Below are positions 54,201 to 64,000 of a stretch of DNA of 64,000 nt, piece by piece. Position 1 is the first letter of the stretch; each line of letters begins with the position of its first letter. Where the stretch lies: NCBI GenBank assembly GCA_951406725.2, contig OX597815.1, positions 88,970,001 to 89,034,000 of the forward strand, written 5' to 3'. The stretch comes from Octopus vulgaris (taxonomy: Eukaryota). The translations under genes were made by a program, and so were the position numbers. The notes under the pieces were generated by a model. It had not been told where the DNA came from, ran no database searches, and saw only the letters and a program-made list of their open reading frames with translations.

Positions 54201-54762
54201 TAAATGCACCTACATATCTATAAGAGCTATATGAATGTGTGGGTAAAACACTGCTTATACAAGCTTATTCATACACATTTACACATCTACATACATATAT
54301 ATTTGCTAAAGATATACACAGATATATAAATTCATAATTACATTCACACCCATGCACAAACATTTCTCTGTCTCTCTGTCTCTCTGTCTCTCTCCGTATA
54401 ACACACACACAGGCACACACAGAGATAGAGACACATACACATACACACAGACACACAAACACACACACACAAACACACAGAAGCATTATGGGTGTGGTGG
54501 GTGAGTTAAAAGATTAGAATAGCCACGAAATATTTACTGAAGAAGTGACTCAACAGAAAAAAAGTATTGTTAAATTTCCAAGATTGTGATGTTTCTCCTG
54601 GGAGCCTGTTCAGGGTTGAGTAAGCCGTCGGGTGGAAATTAATGTCCCAACCAAAATCAATTTTTTAATATACATATATGTTTGTGTGCGTGTCTGTATG
54701 TTAGTGTGTGTCTGTGCGTGTGTGTCTATATGCGTGTGTGTATGAGTGTGTATGTGTGCGTA

Positions 54763-54793
<31 letters not shown>

Positions 54794-55536
54794 ACCCGTG
54801 TGCATTCATATGTATGTACCATATCTAGCTCACTTGTCGTTGAGTTAAATGTCAACACATTTGCAGCAGTCGTCTTTAAGTGAAAGTGACCAGATTTGAT
54901 GGTACTGGTGTTACAAATGAAGTTGGATGATCGGCCTGGTAGATCTCTGGTGTAGTATTCCTGCGACCGAGTCTGAATAACCAGCCTTTTTCGGGTACTA
55001 CTAAGTCTAGTGTAGTGTATCTGGATTATCTCCTGCTAGCGCCGTACAATTTTAATTTTGAGTAAAAGGAAAAATTATTTATTCGATAGTTTTTTGCGAC
55101 TTTGTGAGCAGAAAATGCGAGATTACTCAGCCTCTAGTTTCATTAGACCGTCATAACTGAAAAATATCCATATTTTATTAACAAAAAGATTTGCAGCGTA
55201 TTTACACTATTTTAAACCGAGAATCAGTTAAACAGATCAGTCTAAATTGAATGAACGAACATGAAGTTGTATAAAACTTGTATGAAGACAAGAAACTAGT
55301 TACATCGATCTCAATTTTTTACAAGCAGAAACGTAAAAAAAAAACCCAAAACACATGTAACATAATCACTGTCTTTACTTTTTACGGTGATTGTACATTT
55401 CTTTTTATAAAAAAGGTGAAACAAAAAGAAACAAAAACCATACACATTATATTTCAAAATAATCCCAAATCTGTGTAACGTACTGTCTTTCCCACACTCT
55501 CTGTCTCTGTCTGTCTGTCTGTCTGTCTGTGCGTTT

Positions 55537-55567
<31 letters not shown>

Positions 55568-55687
55568 CATACATACACATATACAGACATATACATATAC
55601 AAGCATATAAACACGTATGTACATGCGTATAATATTATATATATATATATATGTATGTATCTATGTATGTGTGTATGTATGTATATC

Positions 55688-55744
<57 letters not shown>

Positions 55745-55816
55745 CTATGTATGTGTGTATGTATGTATATCTATATATATATATATATATGTACATGCAT
55801 ATAATATATATGTATA

Positions 55817-55856
<40 letters not shown>

Positions 55857-56046
55857 TTTATGTGTGTACATATATACATATTAAGGTGTAAATATATATC
55901 TATAGACATCCATATATAATGCATTACTAATATATATATATAATTATATATACATATATATATATATACATATATATATACATATATATACATATATAAA
56001 TATATGTATATATACATATATATCTATGTGTGTGCATGCATGTGTG

Positions 56047-56094
<48 letters not shown>

Positions 56095-56142
56095 CATACA
56101 TATATATATATATGCGTGTGTGTGTGTACATATATACATACG

Positions 56143-56175
<33 letters not shown>

Positions 56176-57124
56176 TTTGTGCGCATGTACTGGTTTGTAC
56201 CAATTGATTGAATTATTGAATTAGTAAAGGAAAACAGACTCACGACTTTTCATTGTTGTTGAATGAAGTAAGAAAATCGGTTTGTTTTATATATCTGGCA
56301 GACAGATGAATTGTCGTTATTATCATAATTGTTTTGTTTATCGTTGTTGCTGTTGCTATTGTCATTATCAGCGTCTTCATCTCTTCCACTTTGTCATGAC
56401 CATTTTCACCTTGTCTTTTGCTCCTCCTGTTTAAATTTTTTTAAATTTTTATATCGTTATCTTAAATTTTACTGTCAGCATAACAATCATGATCGCCATC
56501 GTCGTCGATGTGATGCTACTGCTGCTGCTGATGATGATGGTTATCATCATCATCACAATCATTATCATCATCATCATCATGCTCATCATCATCATTATCA
56601 CTGCCACTGACGTCGCCTCCATCACCACCACCACCACCACCACCCATTATCAGCTTTCTGTTTCGAAACCTTATTGAATAGAAAGACAATAACTCCAATA
56701 ACAATAAGTACACTCATATAACTGCAACAGCAGCAGCAGCAGCAACAACAACAACAACAACATAACAACAACAACAACAACAACGCTAGCAACAAGCAGC
56801 CACAAGAAAAACAACAAAATTAGCAACACCAGACTATTTTAATCCCATCTTCCTTGGTGGTGTCGTCTGCCATCAAAAGAGGTCATTGTTAGGAAGGAAT
56901 CGCAGCATCATTTGTTCAGTGGAGAGAACTTCTCTAACCTTTAAAAAGCGTGATGTATGTCTTTCTATGTTTACTGTGTTGTATTGTCATAAAGAGGTTC
57001 TCCACTTTCGCCACATTGAACAAACTATTCTGACTCCGAACAGAAGACTTTCGAAATAGAGTGAATTGAATTTTTATACGTGTAGTAGTAGTAGTAGTAG
57101 TAGTAGTTGTTGTTTTTGTTGTCG

Positions 57125-57205
<81 letters not shown>

Positions 57206-58227
57206 TTGTTGTTTCGGCCTGAGTGCCAAACTAATTAATCGAGGCCTAAGTTGTCTCGAGTTTTATTGTTGATTTATACGTGCGTAGCGTGTTGTTGCTG
57301 TTGTTGTTATTTTAGTCCTCTGGTCGTGTTGACGCAATCAGCCATGTGAAAGGCGATTGTGTCGTGGCGAGAAGCCAAAAATCGGTGGTGGAGAGGAGGA
57401 GAGAAGAAGAAAGAAACATAAAGAAAGCGAATGAAAGAAAGAAAGAGAGAGAAAGAAAGAGAGAGAAAGGAAGAAAGAGTGGGACTGAGAGAAAGAGAGA
57501 GGGTTGATCATCGTGGGATGTGATAGGAATACTAGCGGGACCGCTAACGCTGCACTTTTCTAAGCCACCTAATCCAACATTGTGGCTCATAACAAATACA
57601 GGAGCGCAGCATCAGCAGTATCATAATGAAAGCCATCGCCACTAAGAGATTTATACGTGGTTGCTTGACCTGCTAGAAATAGCAACCAGATTTTCTTGAA
57701 ATCACAGTCAGCCTTCTAATAGATACGTTGGATAGTGTATTCTTAGATACACTAAAACAAAGCCGGGATGGTCATTGTTGGAATAGCATTGATCATTGGT
57801 TCACTTAATTTGACTGACATAGTATTAATCATCAGCAGCAAGCAGTAGCCGCGGTAGCAGCAGCTGCTGTGGCGGCAACGATAACGTCATTAACGGCAAC
57901 AAGATGGGAAAAAAAAGCAGATTGACACTAATAACAGGAACGAAAGCAGCGTTTCTCAGGCCACTACTAAGCGAGAATTAACTACAGATAAAGCAACGTT
58001 TGCAGCTGCCTTAAAGACAGACACGACTACGACTGCTTTAACTCGTGGGTGTTGGAGGGATCCAATCTGAAAAATTATTACCGCATCCACTAACACAACT
58101 CTATTATCAACTATAACAGAAGGAGGGGCGGGACAGATCGTTGGGGTCGTTGTCACACTGTCGTGGTCCACATTGACTTCTTCCCCCTACAATCACCACT
58201 GCAACCATTGTCACCCTCCTCCTCCTT

Positions 58228-58370
58228 TTGGGGGTAGGGAACTAGTCGATTACATCGACCCCAGGGCAAAGTCAACCTCGGCGGAATTTGAACTCGGAAT
58301 GTAGCAACGGGCTAAATAACGCTAAGCATTTCGTCCAGCGTGCTATGATTCCGCCAGCTCGTCACCTTAA
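58228..58370 (-). mobile_element. Deleted and diverged SINE family A
   Basis: GGCAAAGTCAACCTCGGCGGAATTTGAACTC...GCTAAGCATTTCGTCCAGCGTGCTA..GCCAGCTC. Confidence 0.7.
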
Positions 58371-58512
58371 TAATAGTAATAATAGAGCCATATCCTTTAC
58401 AAGGATGTTATCTCCTGAAGTTCAAGAATTATTGCAAATATATATACGACCTTGTGTAGTGGAACTCCTAAAAACGATCATGGTACACAAGTGTATTAAG
58501 CAGCAAGCTACT

Positions 58513-58795
58513 ACGCGCATGGCCTAGGGTTTAAGACATTACACTCACGATCACGAGATCGTAGTTTCAATTCATGGACAGGGTAGGGGGGCTGCGTTGT
58601 GTTCTTGAGCAAAATAATTCATCTCATAATTACTCTGCAACCATTTCGACACCTCACATGTGGGACATCGTGCACCTGTTCAGACAACATCGACGTGATG
58701 GAAGGAGTGAGCAAATGTACAGCACGTGCGCTTTACTCACTATAATCAAATAGTTTGTACAGGTTGTTCAGCAAGAAGTTGCAGAACACTTTCGG
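58513..58795 (+). mobile_element. Old tRNA-derived SINE
   Basis: GCGCATGGCCTAGGGTTTAAG...GTAGTTTCAATTC...GCGTTGTGTTCTTGAGCAAAA resembles the heads at 20882 and 44612. Confidence 0.55.
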
Positions 58796-61249
58796 ACTAC
58801 AAGACTTTACCACCAATCGACAAATAAGGAGTCTGCAAATTCCATTTCGGCCTAGATATAGTGTAGGTCTTCGTATTACTCCTAAGAAGAGAAAGCACGA
58901 GCCAGTTGTGGCTCAGGGTTACAACGAACACAGCACTGCTTTGTAGCAGATGTGTTTTATTGTGTCACTAAAGTGTTGAAAAAGTTATTCCCAATATATA
59001 TATATATATATTCGGGTCGTATTCAGGTATTGTTGCACAAGACAAATCCACGTCTCAGTAGAGCAAGTCGGTGATACCATTCTGGAGAACTGGAAAAAAA
59101 TCTCCTTCTACATCGGCATCGAAAGTAGATTCAAGTAGGGATTGTGGTGGAGGGCAGAAAACTGAAGTCATACGACGGTAATAAAATCGACTACTTGAAA
59201 TCCTTCTTTTCTCCAAAGAAAGGCCTGGAGCTAAAACATCATCACCGTGATCGTCATCGTCGTCGTCGTTGTTGTCGTCATCATCATCACTACCATTATA
59301 ATCAACAGCATCTCACCACCACCAGCACCACCACCACCAGCACCACCATGACTACCATCAGCGCTGCCGCCACCGCCACCGCCACCGCCACCGCCACCGC
59401 CACCAGCATCAGCACCAGTACCACCACCTTCAGCACCACCAGTACCACACCACCACCACCACCACCATCATCAATATGAATAACAAGTCATGCATACATG
59501 TAGTCGTGCATCTTCGCCTTCGACTGTTGTCAAATGATGAGATAGAGTAAGAGGGATGAATAAGTAGATCAAATTTAGTCTTCCAATCTTCAAAGCTAGC
59601 AGAGAGAAGTGATAGATCCAAGTATCTGTCAACCAGCAATATTGCACAGGGTCAACATCAATAAGAGCATAACTATCAAAGCATAAACGTTAACACCATC
59701 ACCACCTCCACCTCCACCACCACCACCACCACACCACCACCACCATCGCCACCACCACCGACAACAACAGTTGCTGCAGAAATGTCATATAAACTACTGC
59801 TGCCCGAATACGAGAATTGATACACTGCATAACTAAATATCACAAACAGCAAAACTGTACATAGGACATATCTCCACTCCACTTCGGTTCCTCGTTAATC
59901 ACCAAGAGAATGTCTAATGAATATGGAGAGACATGATCGATGTTGATGATGACAAAGATTGTTTTTTTTTTTTTTTCTCAAGTGTTGGTATGGAAGTGAG
60001 AAACAAATCAAATTACTTTCAGTCTTATAAGTGTCAGGTTTCCGTTTCGCTTTCAGAAGTTTGATCTCTGTGCATAGTAGTATCTTCTCAGTGGTCAGAA
60101 TAGTTTCAGAGCTATTTCGTGCAGCAAGTCCGTCCGTCATACAACCACTTCTCTTTATTCATCTACAGTTTGGGCTTCTATCCAGTTACTCGATCTCAAG
60201 AGGATTCCCTTTCAAGATTGCATTTAGGGATGTATCTAAACATATCCTCTGATGTTTAATTAAGCGAAGACACCAGTATAGTGTTGGCATCTGATAGTAT
60301 TAGAGACAGAGCTTTGCTCTACGTTGAGCTCTCATCTATAAGAAGATGAGAGCGCAGAATGGGTTATTCCCTCATCTGTAGGTTGGAGACTTTAAGGTTC
60401 GGCCTCTGAGTACATTGATATCTTCTCAGTGATCAGAATAAGTCCATCGGAACAAGATCGTGTCCAACAACTTTAAAATAACAATGATAATGGTAAAGAC
60501 AGTAACAGTTTGCAGTAGAGAAAAACGCTTATACACATCATCCGTTCAGTGGAAGGAACCTCCAAATTAATAATTTTGAAGATTGTTTGCAGTTTTTCAA
60601 CAATTCCGATTTTCTATTTAAATCCGATTTGATCCGAAATAAAATTAAATACTCCACAATTAATCATAACGAGGATTTCATAAACTGTTGTTTGGGACAA
60701 CGTCTATGTAGGCTTGCTCATTTCAAGATCGACCAGTAAATTTTATACGATACCAAATCAGCTTCATACAATACCATAGGCTTTTGGAGTAAATCGTAAA
60801 GGAAATGCTGTTCTAGGTATTTAAAAGAAATTTTGTGCACGTAAAATCTTATTTTAAAACCCGATTTCTGTTACCCAGAAGTGAGTTATGTATGTAAGGC
60901 TATTATGGAATAGGAATTTAGCAATTTATGCTATTCTTTGGATCAAACAGTTGTCAACTAGTTTTTTCAGTTCGAGAGATACGTCCATGTTGGAGTATCG
61001 CCATTAGCTTTGACACATCTGCTCTACTGGAAATCTCTGAGTGTGTCATTTTGTGAATGAGGGAGTGTGATGCTGCTACCTTCATCAGCGTTTCCTGTCG
61101 TGAGGTAGATTCATCCGGAATACTTGAGAGAGGAGATCCAGTTTTGTTTTGAAACCATCTACATTTACACCATGCAGCATCTGATATTGTATCTTGATGG
61201 CAATATTGGGATCTTTGGCATTATGCAGTGGCGCCCCGTTCTGCTGTTT

Positions 61250-61533
61250 TTATTCTTGTATTCTTTACCTGTTTCAGTCATTAGACCGCGGTCATGCTGA
61301 GGCACCGCCTTGAATTTTTGTCGAATGAATCGAGCCAAATACTTTAATTTTTGCAAAGCCTAGTACTTATTCTATCGGTTACTTTTACCGAACCACTAGG
61401 TTGCGAGGACGTAAACACACCAACACCAGTTGTCAAACGGTGGGGGGAAAACAGAGACACAAACAGATACACACACATGTATATTTCTATTTCTATACAC
61501 ACACACACACACACACACACACAGAGACACACA

Positions 61534-61612
<79 letters not shown>

Positions 61613-61760
61613 GACGGGCCTTCTAGTTTCCCTCTTCCAAACACACAAACAATGCTTTGGTCGGACCGAGGTTACAGAAGATACTTGCCCGAGGTGCCAC
61701 GCAGTGGGACTGAACCCAGAGCCATGTGCTTAGGAACCAAGCTTCTTACCACATAGCCAT
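61250..61760 (-). mobile_element. SINE family B, near full length, with internal (CA)n/(TA)n
   Basis: Minus-strand head TGGCTATGTGGTAAGAAGCTTGG...GGGTTCAGTCCCACTGCG and tail ...GACTGAAACAGGTAAAGAATACAAGAATA. Confidence 0.85.
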
Positions 61761-61774
61761 CAAAGTTTGGTACA

Positions 61775-64000
61775 TGACTTTCTAGATGTGTATTACCGCA
61801 TGTCTTTCTCACCTACGTACTAGGGAGTAGAGTCTTAACGATCTCAGATTTTCTCAGCAGTCGATACATTACATTGAGACAATGTTTTTTGCGTAGCTTC
61901 GCTGGATGGTTTCTCCCATTAATTTCACACTGTGTGGTGATCTTGGTTGGGATCAGTGGCCAAAGCGACTGAGAACAAATGTCCTCCAGAAGGTCATCAT
62001 GGTTTCCTGTTCTCACGTTCTGAATGTTTGAAGGATCCATCCGGCCAGGCCTCTGCATCTTATTGCCAACTTAGTCTTATGTAGCTGAAAAGAGGTCTTT
62101 ATATCATTTCTCAGGTCGTGCACCGATTTTGATTCAAGGATTGCAATTCTCCTAAGCCAATGTATCCTGTGCGCGCTTCATTCAGTTTTGTAGGAAGGGC
62201 TTGGGATTTTCTAGCATTAAACAGCATGCTATTTTCCTCAGCTTTCCTGTAAACTGCGTCCAACAACTGTTGCAGCTGCGCAATTTTTCCAGAGGTCTGT
62301 ATCCTGTGAGAGACTTTTGAATCATCTGCATAGCTAGTAAGTGTGGCTATCTGAGCAGCTCAAGGCATGGCGCAGTGGACCACTATGAATAGCAGTGAAC
62401 CTAAGGCTGTGCCCTGTGGAATTCCACTCACTATTGTGTTTTCTTAGTGGTAGCACCATTGGCGATCACTGCCTGACTTGTATCATTTAGAAAGTCGTTT
62501 TGTACTTTGTACTTGTGACGGCGTTCACCCAGGGTGGGTTGGGCGGGCTTCTTCTCTGGTCCTAACGGCATCACGAACCATGGCGGCCCACGCTCGACGG
62601 TCCTGTGCGAGGTCACTGGAGATAGCGAGCCATTTGCGGTTCCATCTGCGCAGACCGACCACCTGCGGACCTGAGAGTTCGGAGAGGTCCTCCTTTATCG
62701 TCGTTGCCCAGGTCTTCAGCTGCCTTCCCGTGCATTTGCGCCAGCTGGGAAGTGGAGGTGGGAGGAGGACATAGCGAATCAGCTCACCTTCTGGACGCCG
62801 GGCCGCATGACCGAACCACCTTAAGCGCCGTTGTAGAAGCACCGAAGGGAGGGGCCGGAGATTCAGGCGATGACGAAGATCGGCTGTAGTTAGCGAAGAA
62901 TGCGGCGGTGATAGTCATTGTCGAACACCGCCAGCCTTCGCTGATCGACTACCCTCATAGGCCATGTTTCACAACCATAGAGGAGGATAGTACGAACGAC
63001 GACCTGGTAGATTCACCCTTTGATCACCGAGGAGATCTCTCTTCTGTCTTGCTGGAGGCACACGAATGCGGATCTGACAACACCTATGCGACGCTCTACC
63101 TCGGCTGCGCCCTGGCCCGTTGGAACCACCGTTGAACCCAGGTAGACGAAGGACTCCACATCCTCCAGCTCCACACCTTCGAGAATGATTGGCCGCCATT
63201 CATCTGCTGCGACCAGAGATGCCATCACTTTGGTTTTGACAGCATTGATCCGAAGACCAACAGCTGCCGCTGCCGCATGCACCCTTTCGAGAGCATCTTG
63301 GACATCTGCCCGGCTAGAGCCCAAGAGCACGATGTCATCTGGGTAGGCCAAGTCCGTCACCACGACTCCTCTCTCAGCCTGTACGCCCGGGTAGTCCCGA
63401 TGTGCAGTGTTGAGAATGTAATCGATGGCGTAATTGAATAGGGTTGGCGAGAGCGCGCAACCCTGTCGAACACCGGTAGTGACATCAAACAACTCCGTCT
63501 CCTCGCCATAGACCCCCACACGAGCCCTTGCTGAACGATAGTAGCCCTGCATAATACGTCAGAGGGCTTCCCGATCCACCGAGTCGAAGGCAGCCGCAAA
63601 ATCGATGAAGCAGAGAATGGTAGGTTGTTGGTGCTCCCACCGCTGTTCCAAGACTCACCGGAGACAGAAGATTTGATCACTCTCTCCCGGGACGGAAGCT
63701 GTTCTGAGACAGACGAGTACGGACATCACGGATGGCCTGGAACCTCTTCAGAGGTCGTTTAGCCACTGTTCATGTCTTCTGACTTTGCCAAGATCACGCA
63801 GTTTGTGGTTTATCATACCATGGTCGAGTTTATCAAAGGCTTTTGCAAAGTCAAGATATACCACACCCACATCTGAGTTGTTGGGTAGCTACTTTAACAC
63901 ACAGACATAGTCCTCGAAGGGCTGTGTCAGGCAGCTTCTACCTGGTCATTCTCTTCAAGAAACGTAATTTGTTGCCAGCAGACTATTCGTTCCATGACGT
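61775..64000 (-). mobile_element. Decayed CR1-like LINE RT region interrupted by an RTE element
   Basis: Minus strand 63761-64000 gives VMERIV, GRSCLTQ and VVYLDFAKAFDKLDHG...EQWLND. It resumes below 62500 with NDFLND..VSGIPQGTALGSLLFI, SYADDSKV, AGWILQTFRT and LRLYSL. Confidence 0.88.
62501..63753 (-). mobile_element. 5'-truncated RTE-clade LINE with 7-bp TSD
   Basis: FRPGR, DQIF, FIDFAAAFDSVDR, GVRQGCALSPTLFN, DLAYPDDIVLL, GLRINAVKTK, FVYLGS, RRLRWFGHAARR and AQDRRAW. Short CAAGTA-like tail. GTCGTTT at 62494-62500 and 63754-63760. Confidence 0.93.

Noticed and set aside
56329-59770. His-, Thr-, Gln- and Pro-rich ORFs suggesting a low-complexity protein exon
   Set aside because: Mixed trinucleotide microsatellites on both strands, interrupted by stops and SINEs, with no consistent frame.
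60082-60440. ~22-bp direct repeat TATCTTCTCAGTGRTCAGAATA about 337 bp apart
   Set aside because: Could be an old TSD or decayed repeat, but no element features or ribozyme core were found between the copies.

Overview
AT-rich animal genomic DNA, dense in microsatellites and interspersed repeats. The SINE families look octopus/cephalopod-like (inference from recognition, no search run). No intact host protein-coding gene is supported, and almost all ORFs in the track are microsatellite translations. Recognisable elements are: R4/Dong-type RLE non-LTR retrotransposon relics next to (TAA)n tracts; CR1-like LINE relics; an RTE LINE nested in a CR1 with a 7-bp TSD; a decayed DD34E Tc1 with IR/DR ends; mariner and maT-like relics; a MITE; and many tRNA-derived SINEs. 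The most interesting signal is a set of short non-coding elements beside (TA)n/(AAT)n tracts that carry type I hammerhead ribozyme (HHR) motifs with a minimal palindromic stem III. They sit in terminally redundant units or fold-back structures resembling Penelope-like elements (PLE) or retrozymes. One TSD-bounded copy fuses a tRNA-type Pol III promoter to the ribozyme motif.
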